A DNA stretch of 32,000 bases from Candidatus Saccharimonadota bacterium (GCA_001790095.1 MGBH01000001.1:1020001-1052000); one strand, 5' to 3'; numbered from the stretch's first letter, positions 1 through 9,249 are shown. Program-made: numbers and translations. Notes: a model not told the origin generated them from the letters alone.

Positions 1-241
1 TTGAGAGCATAGTAATATATTTTGGATGTATTGCGCCGAGTTTTTTGTTTGGAAAAGGAGTCAAATAAGTTTGACACACATAGCTGTTTGGGTCTTTGTT
101 TAGATATCCTTTTGTTTCTTCAGTTTTTGCAGGTAACGTTATGGTCTTTGTAGAGGTATAATAATACCATCCCACCTCACCGAGTGTAATAGTAAGAAGT
201 ATAAAGAAGACGACAAGAAGGATTTTGTTTACGTTTCCCAT
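1..241 (-). CDS. hypothetical membrane-anchored protein (C-terminal part runs off the window)
   Basis: Not in the ORF track because it is open-ended. Reverse-strand ATG at 241-239 opens a frame that stays open to position 1: MGNVNKILLVVFFILLTITLGEVGWYYYTSTKTITLPAK... It has one N-terminal hydrophobic helix and lies 40 nt downstream of the PBP2 gene on the same strand. Confidence 0.4.
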   Translation of the reverse strand, partial: MGNVNKILLVVFFILLTITLGEVGWYYYTSTKTITLPAKTEETKGYLNKDPNSYVCQTYLTPFPNKKLGAIHPKYITMLS

Positions 242-281
242 ATGTTTTAAGTGTAGGGCCGAGAGGGGCAAAAGTCAATCA

Positions 282-1991
282 TTATTCGCCCCTTTCAAAA
301 TACGCCTTTAATATGTCTTTCGCAATTGGAGCCGCTATATCAGACCCCTGCCCCCCCTCCTCAACCAATACCGTCAACATTATCTCAGGATTGTCATAGG
401 GCGCAAACACCGTAAACCAAGCATGGGGAGCGCCTGATTTGGCGTGGGATTCAGCCGTCCCTGTTTTGCAACCGGTCTGAATAGATTTATAAAAGGCGGG
501 GTTGCGATCTAAAGATGCTTCAACCGATGCTTTTTTATCATCGGGTGTCTCTTGTAATTTTTTCATGCGCATCTCTGTATTTTTAACCTTAAAATCAAAC
601 AAAGGCCATCCCGTACCTCCTGGTTCACAGGCTTGCTTCATGCCTTCTTTTACAATATTTTGTGTTTCTTTTGAGATATCAAGAGTCTGACAGCTGGGTT
701 TTTCACCCTTGAGTAGCTTTGGTTGGCATAGTTTTCCCCCATTGGCAAACGGCAGCGCTCCTTGTGCTATTTGAATGGGTGACAATAGCGTATAACCTTG
801 ACCAATGGAGTAGTTATATGTATCTCCTAAATACCATTTTTCATGTAGGGTCTCTTCTTTCCAAAAAGGAGAAGGAAGTACTCCTTCTGCCTCATCAATC
901 CACACGTGTGTCTGTTTGCCTAAGCCAAAAATCCCCGCCCATTTTTTTATCCCCTCAGCCCCCAAGGCTTCACCTGCTTTGTAAAAGTAGATGTCGTTTG
1001 ATCTTCTCAAGGCTTTTGTAATGTCTACAAGTCCTTCTGTTTTGCCATATTGGAGAAAATACCAATTTCCAAATGATAATGGACCCGCTTTTATTGTCCC
1101 TGTGTCTTCTATAATTGTTTTGCTTGTTATTTTTTTCTCCTCAAGTGCGCCCGTTGCTACAAAGAGCTTAAAAAGCGAGCCGGGAGGATATGACCCTTCA
1201 GCAACTCGATTGAAAAGGGGCTTCTCCTCATCCTTGAAATATGACTCAACGCCCCGGTCTCCATCTTCAAACTTCTGCGGGTCATAAGAGGGGGAAGACA
1301 CAAATACCAAGACCTCACCCGTTGCCGGCACAAGCCCAACCACCGCAGCTTTTGTTTTTTTTATCGCTTCGTATGCTTTCTTTTGCAGATCAAGATCAAT
1401 TGCAAGGCGTACTGTTACGCCGTCTTTTGGAGGGATAACAGACAATGTTTTAAGAGATTTCCCCTTTGCATCAACCTCGGTAAGTTTCTTTCCCGGTACT
1501 CCCCGCAGGTCGCAGTCATACATTTTCTCTATTCCTTTTTTTCCTACACGATCTCCAAGCCGTAGTTTGTTTACACAGTTGTCATTTTGTATATTTTCTT
1601 TGTCTGCAAGCTGACGGTATCCGACCAAATGCGCCACCTCCTCCCTTATAAGATAGGTACGTTTTGACTCTATCCTTTCCTCTTTAGAGTCTATGTTTCC
1701 TTCTTTGTTTTCGGCCAAAACAAATCCTTTTCTGTCAAGGATTGTACCTCGTTTTGGTTCTATGACGATCTCCTTTATTCTATTTTCCTCAGAAAGTCTT
1801 CTGTAATAAGAACCTGAGACAACAGTCAACTGAAAAAGCCGTAGTCCCAAGACAAGAAAAGAAAAACATATGATAAATAAAAAAATATAAAGGTAGACGG
1901 CGTTATGAATCTGTGTTGCCCGGCCAAAATTGATATTGGCCCTATGGGCTGACTGATCTGTATGAATTCTTCTTGGGAAAAGGCGTTTCAT
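282..1991 (-). CDS. mrdA: penicillin-binding protein 2 type transpeptidase
   Basis: N-terminal TM helix, then YYRRLSEENRIKEIVIEPKRGTILDRKGFVLAEN, a PBP2-type dimerisation region. Transpeptidase motifs SxxK (PGSLFK), SxN-like (RRSNDIYF) and KTG (CKTGTAE) are present. Start trimmed to the ATG at 1991 (MKRLFP...), because the 2048 start would overlap the divergent gpmA start. Confidence 0.85.
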   Translation of the reverse strand: MKRLFPRRIHTDQSAHRANINFGRATQIHNAVYLYIFLFIICFSFLVLGLRLFQLTVVSGSYYRRLSEENRIKEIVIEPKRGTILDRKGFVLAENKEGNIDSKEERIESKRTYLIREEVAHLVGYRQLADKENIQNDNCVNKLRLGDRVGKKGIEKMYDCDLRGVPGKKLTEVDAKGKSLKTLSVIPPKDGVTVRLAIDLDLQKKAYEAIKKTKAAVVGLVPATGEVLVFVSSPSYDPQKFEDGDRGVESYFKDEEKPLFNRVAEGSYPPGSLFKLFVATGALEEKKITSKTIIEDTGTIKAGPLSFGNWYFLQYGKTEGLVDITKALRRSNDIYFYKAGEALGAEGIKKWAGIFGLGKQTHVWIDEAEGVLPSPFWKEETLHEKWYLGDTYNYSIGQGYTLLSPIQIAQGALPFANGGKLCQPKLLKGEKPSCQTLDISKETQNIVKEGMKQACEPGGTGWPLFDFKVKNTEMRMKKLQETPDDKKASVEASLDRNPAFYKSIQTGCKTGTAESHAKSGAPHAWFTVFAPYDNPEIMLTVLVEEGGQGSDIAAPIAKDILKAYFERGE

Positions 1992-2021
1992 TTTTTTACT
2001 TTTATTGATTATAATCAAACC

Positions 2022-2759
2022 ATGTACAAAATTGTTCTTGTTCGTCATGGTATAACCGAATGGGCGACAAGATTCACCGGATGGACAGATATTGATGTTA
2101 TGCCTTCGGGACTTGAAGACACAAAGAAATACGGAAAAAGATTAAAAGAACTTGGATATGCCTTTGACCTTGCCTATACTTCATATCTTAAGCGCGCTAT
2201 TCGAACTCTTTGGGTAGTGTTGGATGAAATGGACCTCCTATGGATCCCTATGATAAAACACTGGCGCCTAAACGAACGCCATTATGGAGCGTTGCAGGGT
2301 TTGAACAAAGCCGAAACTGCTGCAAAATATGGAGAAGACCAGGTGCTCATCTGGAGGAGAAGCTACGACACCTCACCGCCAAAACTTGAAGCTTCTGACA
2401 AGCGACACCCTTCAAACGATATCAAATATCGGGCGGTTGATCCGACATTGCTTCCAACCGGCGAGTCACTCAAAGACACAATCGATCGCTTTCTTCCCTT
2501 TTGGAAAGAAGAGGTTGAACCCATGATTAAAGCAGGGAAAAAAATTATTCTTTCCCTTCACAGCAATACATTAAGGGCCCTTATTAAACATCTAGAAAAT
2601 CTTTCACCTCAAGAAATCATGAAGGTAAATGTACCTTATGGTATACCGCTCGTATATGAATTAGACAATAACTTAAAAGTAATAAAGCATTATTATCTTG
2701 CACCGAATGAAGAAGTTAATCGTGTTATTGAAAGCATAAAAAATCAAGCGAAGAAATGA
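2022..2759 (+). CDS. gpmA: 2,3-bisphosphoglycerate-dependent phosphoglycerate mutase
   Basis: MYKIVLVRHGITEW (catalytic RHG), LNERHYGALQGLNK and the overall length are typical of dPGM. Start moved to the ATG at 2022; the track ORF start at 1962 adds a non-homologous leader that overlaps the PBP2 gene. Confidence 0.9.
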   Translation: MYKIVLVRHGITEWATRFTGWTDIDVMPSGLEDTKKYGKRLKELGYAFDLAYTSYLKRAIRTLWVVLDEMDLLWIPMIKHWRLNERHYGALQGLNKAETAAKYGEDQVLIWRRSYDTSPPKLEASDKRHPSNDIKYRAVDPTLLPTGESLKDTIDRFLPFWKEEVEPMIKAGKKIILSLHSNTLRALIKHLENLSPQEIMKVNVPYGIPLVYELDNNLKVIKHYYLAPNEEVNRVIESIKNQAKK

Positions 2760-2884
2760 CAAGCATGTACAAGATTATGTTTGTCATCCCCTCATAGGAG
2801 GGGATCCAGTCCCAGTCTATAAACACTTTTATTGACATTTTAGTCTAGATTCCGGCCTTCGCCGGAATGACGCTTTATAAATAT

Positions 2885-3595
2885 ATGCAGATTATCCCTA
2901 CAATACTTGAATCTTCCTCTCAAGACATCATTAACCAAATCACTCGCTTATCCCCATATTTTGACACCTTTCAAATCGACATTATTGATGGTATATTTGC
3001 ACCGAACAAAACTCCATCTGTGGCAGAACTACTAGACACCATTAAGCAAAACTTAAAGCAAACCGGCTTCCAACTACTAACTAATAACTTAATTTTTGAT
3101 TTCCACCTTATGACTGAAGATTTTGAAAAAGAGATAGATCGTATTGGAGCCTTAAGTAAATATATACATATACGAAACATCCTTGTGCATATTGATCTGT
3201 CGCCCAATTATCGCCTATTGATGAACACTTTTCCCAACTTTTCCTTTGGGCCTGTCATCAACTCCGAAGACAACGTATATGAGGTTATGGAGAGCTATGA
3301 CATAAATACGTTTCCTTTTATCCAGTTTATGACTGTTCATATTGGATCACAAGGTAACCCCTTTATAGCCCAAGTGTTAAAAAAGATAGAACAGTTAAAA
3401 AGGGCGGGCTATAGGGGTAAAATATTTCTTGACGGGAGTGTAAATGAAGAAACTCTTGCACTTATCATGACTAAAACATATAGACCAGATGTCCTTTGCA
3501 TAGGAAGCTATCTGACAAGGAGTACAGATCTTGAAAATAGAGTTTCCAAACTGCAGTCCTGCATTAAAAATGCTAGTATTCAAACTAGGGAATAA
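2885..3595 (+). CDS. ribulose-phosphate 3-epimerase family (ribulose-phosphate-binding barrel) protein, divergent
   Basis: MQIIPTILESS...FQIDIIDGIFAPNKT, FDFHLM, HIGSQGNPF and IFLDGSVN line up with RPE blocks (IAPSIL, HxDVMDGxFVPN, DVHLM, GFGGQxF, VDGG). The start is ambiguous: ATG 2867 or ATG 2885. Confidence 0.65.
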   Translation: MQIIPTILESSSQDIINQITRLSPYFDTFQIDIIDGIFAPNKTPSVAELLDTIKQNLKQTGFQLLTNNLIFDFHLMTEDFEKEIDRIGALSKYIHIRNILVHIDLSPNYRLLMNTFPNFSFGPVINSEDNVYEVMESYDINTFPFIQFMTVHIGSQGNPFIAQVLKKIEQLKRAGYRGKIFLDGSVNEETLALIMTKTYRPDVLCIGSYLTRSTDLENRVSKLQSCIKNASIQTRE

Positions 3596-5282
3596 GCAGT
3601 TTTGTTTGAGATAGGTCTTTGAAAAAAGCTCCCAGGTCATCAAAGCCCAAACTGCCATCATTGCTTAAATCAAAGGGGAGCATCTGTTTAAGCTTAAGTA
3701 TATTATTGTCTTTACGAAAGGTTATGTAGGCCTGGCGCGGGAGATAGTTCTTTTTGAGTAAAACAACGCGATATTTTTTTCCCAAGGCGACATTTTGGAC
3801 CTCATCAATTGTTACTGTTTTTGATCTCAGCTCAAGCCCCTTTTTTTTGTAGACGAGTTTTTCATCTTCATCAAAAATCTGCACCTCAAAACCGCTTCCT
3901 CTTTGTTCTATCTTGGGAAATAAAGAAGCCTTAATCTCAAGTTTTGGGATTGGGAGCACTGCAAACTTCCATACTTTGGATTTTATAATTGCTTCATTGT
4001 CTTTTATGAGGGCAAGTTGTACTCTTCGTTGTCCCTCGATTTTATGTGTCTTAAGATAAAGAATAACATTTATCTCTCTATAAGGCTCAACCCCTTTTAT
4101 ATCAGAAAATATATACTCAAACGGCAAAGAATCATTGTCTATGATAGACATCTTATAACCATCTTTTTCATCCCATATCGCCTGCCCTGTGTTTTTTAGC
4201 TTCATTGAAAATTGATAGTTTGAGTTTGCTACAAGCTCAAGGGGAAGTTGCATAGATAAAACACCAGACTCTATTTGTTCTACAGATCCCCTCACCTTTG
4301 ATATTCCAAGTACTTCACCGTATTGTGGATAAAACTCATCTCCTCCTATCTTTTTCCAGGAAAAACCGGAAAAAGGAGCGCTTTGGTAGCTAAATACAAA
4401 TGGAGTAACTGCAACTATGCGTGTGTCTGGACCCCAAATCTGCTCAAATGCGACTCTATAATAGGAGGCAACAGTCTCTCGAGAGAGCTTAGTGTCAACC
4501 CACCCAGTCTCTGTGATAAAAACAGGCATCTCTTTTAAGACTCCCAACCTTTCAAGAAGACCAAGCTCCCATTCGTATCCGCGGATGCTTTTCCGTCCCG
4601 TGTCCCATGGGCTACCTGAAAATCCCGGATTTGGGTATGAGTGCGTTGCCCACCCGTCAATATAATCTTGAATCTTCAGGTCTGAGTCTTGAAATATGCC
4701 TTGAAGAAATATTTCTTCGTCTTCGTATTGATTGGGATAGTGTGGTGCTGATGCGTCAAATCCTGCAAGCATAATAAAAAATTCTCTGTTTGTTTGCTTG
4801 AGTACTTTTGCAAACTCAAACGCGACCTGAGCATAGTCTTGCGGGTTTACTTCTCCACCCCACTCGGTTGCATGGTTGGGCTCATTAAAAAGAACAATAT
4901 ATCTGTTTTTTACTACCCAGTTTAGTGAGTTGAGAAAATCCGCCCACCCAATCGCTTCGTCTTTTGTGGGTTTTTTCCAGTTCTCACCCTCTGGTTTTGT
5001 GGCTAAACGGACTATTGGAACAAGGTGGTGCTTGCGAAGCTCATCAAATATGTCTTGCCATTTTGACTTGTCCCTATCGTCCTCCTGAATAACAAGCGTT
5101 ACATAGCCATAATCTCCTCCTTGTGAGTTCACTAACTCTGCCGTGTTTTTTATATCTGTTTGAGATGGTTGCAGAAGAGAAATGCCATATTTGTTGTTAA
5201 GCGCTTGAGACGCCCATGAAGGACGCATAAATACGAAAGAAAAAATCATGAGGGCTGTCAGAGCGCTCTTTATGTAACCCAT
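3585..5282 (-). CDS. secreted clan GH-A (TIM-barrel) glycoside hydrolase-like protein with C-terminal extension
   Basis: Signal peptide MGYIKSALTALMIFSFVFMRPSWASQA. It has an acid/base-type motif VLFNEPNH and a nucleophile-type motif VFITETGW about 130 aa later, the spacing typical of GH5-like clan A enzymes. About 230 aa of non-catalytic C-terminal sequence ends in a DxSxDGxxxxxD loop. Confidence 0.7.
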   Translation of the reverse strand: MGYIKSALTALMIFSFVFMRPSWASQALNNKYGISLLQPSQTDIKNTAELVNSQGGDYGYVTLVIQEDDRDKSKWQDIFDELRKHHLVPIVRLATKPEGENWKKPTKDEAIGWADFLNSLNWVVKNRYIVLFNEPNHATEWGGEVNPQDYAQVAFEFAKVLKQTNREFFIMLAGFDASAPHYPNQYEDEEIFLQGIFQDSDLKIQDYIDGWATHSYPNPGFSGSPWDTGRKSIRGYEWELGLLERLGVLKEMPVFITETGWVDTKLSRETVASYYRVAFEQIWGPDTRIVAVTPFVFSYQSAPFSGFSWKKIGGDEFYPQYGEVLGISKVRGSVEQIESGVLSMQLPLELVANSNYQFSMKLKNTGQAIWDEKDGYKMSIIDNDSLPFEYIFSDIKGVEPYREINVILYLKTHKIEGQRRVQLALIKDNEAIIKSKVWKFAVLPIPKLEIKASLFPKIEQRGSGFEVQIFDEDEKLVYKKKGLELRSKTVTIDEVQNVALGKKYRVVLLKKNYLPRQAYITFRKDNNILKLKQMLPFDLSNDGSLGFDDLGAFFKDLSQTKLLIP

Positions 5283-5315
5283 ATACCAAGATATTATACC
5301 AGGATTACCCCTTTA

Positions 5316-6272
5316 TTACGGTTCAACCTCGTCATATACTATGCGCGAAACCGTACGAATTATACTTGTAAGATTTTCCCATCTGTCTCCCCGTGTCATT
5401 ACACACAGAATATAGGATCTATGGGGAAAATATATAATCCCACAGTCGTGCAATTGTTTTTCTGGTCCATGTGTTCGCTCACCAAACTTATGTGCAACAA
5501 CAATATCTTTTGGAACACCCGCAGTTAAACCCTTGGCAAACTCTGCTTTTGATAACAACTCTAGGGCTTTATTTGACATTTCTTTATTCAAATAGGATGC
5601 GTTATAAAGTATACGAAAGAAAGAAGCATATCCTTTGACCGTCATAAAATCATCAGGTGTAAACACGCCCGGAACATCCAATCCTAAATCCGTATATATT
5701 CTGTTAATGCTCTCTTGGGTCATATTTGTTAACAATAGGTTTTTTGCCTGGTTGTCTGAGTAGACAATCATACGTTCAAGAAGCTCGAATATTGTATATT
5801 TTTGCCCTTCAATCAGATGTTTACTTGGCACTACGTCTTGCACTACTCCGTCATCTATGAATCTACTGATAATGGTTTGTGACAAAATAGTAGGGTCTTT
5901 TTCCGCCGTCTTTAAGACTGCCATCATTATAGGGATCTTGAGAAGGCTCGCTGGGGTAAAAAGTTCCTTTTCGTCAATACCCATCCAGGGACCGTTTGCC
6001 AGATCACGAAAGTATACCGAGACATGGGTTGCGTTTTGTTTTTCTTTTTGAGTAGTAATATACTCTTCTAGTTTATTTTTTAACAAAACTGTTTGTTTTT
6101 GTTGTGATGAGTCCTTTATTTGACAGTCAAGGAGCGGGCTTATATATTTATACCCTGTTTCTCTCATCTCAAGCAGGTCTTCACTTTGCTCTGAAAATGA
6201 TTTATCACCCACAACAAACCCAATCAAAAAAAATACTAAAAATAGAGTTAGAATAACGAGTTTGCTTTTCAT
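5316..6272 (-). CDS. class A beta-lactamase-fold serine hydrolase (membrane-anchored or secreted)
   Basis: N-terminal hydrophobic helix. Motifs are SxxK (PASLLK), SDN (VYSDNQ) 63 aa later, and a KTG-position motif reading HKFG. ATG 6272 is preferred over the GTG at 6284, which sits 6 nt from the tRNA. Confidence 0.7.
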   Translation of the reverse strand: MKSKLVILTLFLVFFLIGFVVGDKSFSEQSEDLLEMRETGYKYISPLLDCQIKDSSQQKQTVLLKNKLEEYITTQKEKQNATHVSVYFRDLANGPWMGIDEKELFTPASLLKIPIMMAVLKTAEKDPTILSQTIISRFIDDGVVQDVVPSKHLIEGQKYTIFELLERMIVYSDNQAKNLLLTNMTQESINRIYTDLGLDVPGVFTPDDFMTVKGYASFFRILYNASYLNKEMSNKALELLSKAEFAKGLTAGVPKDIVVAHKFGERTHGPEKQLHDCGIIYFPHRSYILCVMTRGDRWENLTSIIRTVSRIVYDEVEP

Positions 6273-6289
6273 AAAACTTCGCACTTATG

Positions 6290-6363
6290 TCGGGGTGGGC
6301 AGACTTGAACTGCCGACCTTGCGACCCCCAGCCGCACGTTCTAGCCATCTGAACTACACCCCG
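6290..6363 (-). tRNA. tRNA-Pro (anticodon GGG)
   Basis: The reverse complement folds by hand as a 74-nt cloverleaf: CGGGGTG TA GTTC AGATGGCTA GAAC G TGCGG CTGGGGG TCGCA AGGTC GGCAG TTCAAGT CTGCC CACCCCG A. G37 is present. No encoded CCA. Confidence 0.9.
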
Positions 6364-6461
6364 TTTTGTGACTTTATTATACTCTACTCATATATATTTT
6401 CGTTCTCTCTCATTTTCACTTGTAAATTGCATGCGCATAATATAGTATAAAGTTTCTTGCA

Positions 6462-7517
6462 ATGTCAAAACGATTTTACAAATCACTTGGAAAAAAAGAG
6501 GCTTGGCCCAATCTCACAGGCATTAGGGCATCTTCATTAACATACGGCGACGTGCTTCTTGTTCCACAAACAAATACATTTCTCAAATCGCGCGAATCTG
6601 CCAATCTTACAACTCAGTTTGGACCGTATAAGCTTAGAGTCCCCATTATAGCTGCCCCAATGGACACAATAGTTGGAGAAAAAATGATTCGTGCCTTGGC
6701 AGAGCTTGGCGCAATTGGAACTCTACCAAGAAACAAAAACTTCGCTGAAAATGTGAGCCAATGTAAAAAATTTACCGAGGAAGGTGTCCCTTGTGTATAT
6801 GCCATAGGATTAAAAAACGCTCTTCAAGACGCCCAAACACTTAAGAAAAACGGTGCAAAAATAGTTCTTCTTGATGTTGCACACGGCGGAATGAAACAGA
6901 TGATTGGAGCAGTAACTGCTATCAAAAAAAGCGTTAAAAATATGTGGGTGATCGCTGGCAATATAGCAACATACGAACAAGCCCTGTGGTATAAGAAAAA
7001 CGGTGTAGATATTGCTCGTGTTGGGGTAGGACCAGGAGGCCTTTGCAGTACTCGTCTTGTGGCAGGGTCAGGTTTCCCTCAACTCTCTGCAGTGTTTGAG
7101 ACAACCACAACAAAAATTCCCGTTATTGCAGATGGAGGAATTCGTCACCCCGGAGATGCAGCAAAAGCACTGGCAGCCGGAGCAAGTATAATTATGATCG
7201 GTTCTTTGTTTGCTGGATGTGATGAAACACCCGGAAAGATAGTAAATGGTAAAAAAAGAGTTCGCGGTCAAGCGTCCGAATCATATATGAGAGATAATCA
7301 TGTTGCCCCAGGTGAGTATCGCGCCGCTGAGGGTATTGAGACGTACGTCCCAACAAAGGGTCCGGTTCAAAACGTAATAAATCAGATAGCAGGAGGGATA
7401 AGAAGCGCCATGTCCTATGCGGGAGCCAGCTCGCTCCAAGAATTTAGTAAAAAAGCATTATTTACCCTTGTGTCTTCATCAGCCGCGGATGAAAGCCGGC
7501 CACATATTAGACAATAA
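6462..7517 (+). CDS. guaC: GMP reductase (IMPDH/GMPR family, no CBS insert)
   Basis: 351 aa. The catalytic Cys loop is GVGPGGLCSTR, followed by PQLSAV. GEYRAAEGIETYVPTKGPV...GGIRSAMSYAGASSL parallels the E. coli GuaC C-terminal block (AEYRAAEGK...RGPV...GGLRSACTYVGAS) rather than the IMPDH flap. Confidence 0.8.
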   Translation: MSKRFYKSLGKKEAWPNLTGIRASSLTYGDVLLVPQTNTFLKSRESANLTTQFGPYKLRVPIIAAPMDTIVGEKMIRALAELGAIGTLPRNKNFAENVSQCKKFTEEGVPCVYAIGLKNALQDAQTLKKNGAKIVLLDVAHGGMKQMIGAVTAIKKSVKNMWVIAGNIATYEQALWYKKNGVDIARVGVGPGGLCSTRLVAGSGFPQLSAVFETTTTKIPVIADGGIRHPGDAAKALAAGASIIMIGSLFAGCDETPGKIVNGKKRVRGQASESYMRDNHVAPGEYRAAEGIETYVPTKGPVQNVINQIAGGIRSAMSYAGASSLQEFSKKALFTLVSSSAADESRPHIRQ

Positions 7518-7523
7518 GATCAC

Positions 7524-8087
7524 ATGAAGTTTTTAACGGTTTCCTGGAAAACGTTTGAGAACAAAATCCATCGTCTTGCAACCAATATCTCATCCTCGGA
7601 AAAAGACCTAGAGATTATGGTTGCGATAGCCCGTGGAGGTATGAGTGTTGCGCATATTCTTTCAGACTTTCTCCATCTTCCCATAGCTACTTTTACCATA
7701 TCTAGCTATAAAGACCTTAAACAAACAAAAATGTCTCAAATCTCCTATGGGGTCGGGGGATCACTTCAAGACAAAAAGATTTTATTGGTTGATGATATTT
7801 CCGATACTGGGAAAACATTTATACGTGGAATTGAACATATAAAGGAAATGGGGGGTGCCAGTATCGTCACCGCTTCCGTATTTATCAAAACCTGGACTTC
7901 TTTTGTTCCAGACTACTACATTGCTAAGACTGATCGTTGGATAGTACAACCATTTGAGATTCGAGAAACCATCCAAGATCTATCCAAACTCATGAAAAAA
8001 GAGGGAGCAACAAAAGAAAAGATTCGTGAGAAACTACGTACACTAAAAATGCCTGAAAAATATATTGATTTATATATGACTAAATAA
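7524..8087 (+). CDS. gpt: xanthine/guanine phosphoribosyltransferase-like type I PRTase
   Basis: PRPP loop KILLVDDISDTGKT. VSW...AIARGG...ISSY and RWIVQPFE mirror E. coli Gpt blocks. Lies 6 nt after guaC. Confidence 0.75.
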   Translation: MKFLTVSWKTFENKIHRLATNISSSEKDLEIMVAIARGGMSVAHILSDFLHLPIATFTISSYKDLKQTKMSQISYGVGGSLQDKKILLVDDISDTGKTFIRGIEHIKEMGGASIVTASVFIKTWTSFVPDYYIAKTDRWIVQPFEIRETIQDLSKLMKKEGATKEKIREKLRTLKMPEKYIDLYMTK

Positions 8088-8090
8088 TCT

Positions 8091-8861
8091 GTGTTAACCG
8101 ACGAGAAATCCTATTCTATTCTCCATAAAGCAATTCCCCGCTTCCCCGATACGGTTATGGTGCTTGGATCTGGATGGAACAGTGTTGTAAACATGATGGA
8201 GGAAAGGATCGAGATTGGATATGAAAAGCTATTTGGAGTATCCTCTACAGTGCCGGGACATAAAGGAAAACTTATCGTTGGAAAAATAAATAATAAGCCT
8301 GTGACAGTAATGTCTGGCAGATTTCACATGTTTGAAGGATTTACTGCGCTTCAAGCAACCTCTTTCATCAGGGTATTTGCAAAAGCTGGAATGAAAAGCC
8401 TCATCTTAACCGCGGCTTGTGGAGCCCTAAACACCACATATCGCATAGGAGATTTTGTCGTTCTCAACGATATAATTACACTGCTACTATCTCCCGACAG
8501 TCCTCTTGTTGGTCCACAATTCATCGACACATCCTGTGTTTTTGATCCTTGCTTCCGGGCAAAAGCAGTCGCAGTCATCAAGAAAAATCATATTCGCTAT
8601 CACGAGGGTTCGTATATTTATTATCACGGACCCAATTTTGAAACACCCGCTGATAAGCGAGCGATGAAGATACTGGGCGCTGATGTATGCGGCATGAGTA
8701 CGGTGCCTGAAACTCTTGTTGCTCGATCTTTAGGGGTAAAAGTATTAGGACTTGCATTTGTGACAAACCTTGCTTTTGTAAAACACGATCATAAAGAGGT
8801 GTTGAAAGAGGCGGAAAAAGGAAGTAAAAAAATGAAGATCTTACTAAGAGCTATCTTGTAA
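8091..8861 (+). CDS. purine nucleoside phosphorylase (PNP/MTAP, PunA-like)
   Basis: GTG start 3 nt after gpt. Motifs: VPGHKGKLIVG, SGRFHMFEG, ETPADKRAMKILGADVCGMSTVPE. Confidence 0.85.
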   Translation: MLTDEKSYSILHKAIPRFPDTVMVLGSGWNSVVNMMEERIEIGYEKLFGVSSTVPGHKGKLIVGKINNKPVTVMSGRFHMFEGFTALQATSFIRVFAKAGMKSLILTAACGALNTTYRIGDFVVLNDIITLLLSPDSPLVGPQFIDTSCVFDPCFRAKAVAVIKKNHIRYHEGSYIYYHGPNFETPADKRAMKILGADVCGMSTVPETLVARSLGVKVLGLAFVTNLAFVKHDHKEVLKEAEKGSKKMKILLRAIL

Positions 8862-8869
8862 TAACTGAT

Positions 8870-9232
8870 TTATTTTAATAAGACCTTTAGCTTTTTGTTT
8901 ATTTTCTGACACGCCTCAGCCACCAACCGACGATGACAGTGTTCTGGTGTTTTTTCCCAGCAAAGAATCGTAATGTCCCGCTTCTGCGCTATTTCGCACA
9001 AAAATTTTAAATATTCTCTCTTCCCAACAATTACTTCTTTGTGAAATCTTTTCTCGTATCCGTTCCAGTCAATAATTTTAGCATGCGCATCATCCAGTAG
9101 TTTGTGTGAGGGAGCAAGAGTTGGCATCCAAACATCATACTTTACCCATGAATCTGGTCTTCTCATAATACAAATGCGGATGCCGTCTTTCTTTAATAAT
9201 TTAGCTTGGATGGATTTAGTAAATAGCGCCAT
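8870..9232 (-). CDS. DUF488 (YeaO-like) family protein
   Basis: 120 aa with IMRRP, LAPSHKLL and the characteristic ILCWEKTPEHCHRRLVAE block. Lies 17 nt downstream of the 465-aa GNAT-fusion gene on the same strand. Confidence 0.75.
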   Translation of the reverse strand: MALFTKSIQAKLLKKDGIRICIMRRPDSWVKYDVWMPTLAPSHKLLDDAHAKIIDWNGYEKRFHKEVIVGKREYLKFLCEIAQKRDITILCWEKTPEHCHRRLVAEACQKINKKLKVLLK

Positions 9233-9249
9233 AGAGAAAGTTTACATTA

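Noticed and set aside
1962-2048. Apparent 87-nt overlap of the divergent PBP2 (start 2048) and gpmA (start 1962) ORFs.
   Set aside because: This is an artefact of taking the longest ORF. Internal ATGs at 1991 (MKRLFP, just before the TM helix) and 2022 (MYKIVLVRHG, the canonical dPGM N-terminus) give homolog-like N-termini and a 30-nt spacer.
2787-2804. Perfect 7-bp hairpin TCCCCTC-ATAG-GAGGGGA 28 nt after the gpmA stop, considered as an intrinsic terminator.
   Set aside because: There is no U-run after the stem (the following sequence is TCCAGTCCCAGTC), so it does not meet the canonical intrinsic-terminator pattern. It may still be an RNA structure, but I cannot support a call.
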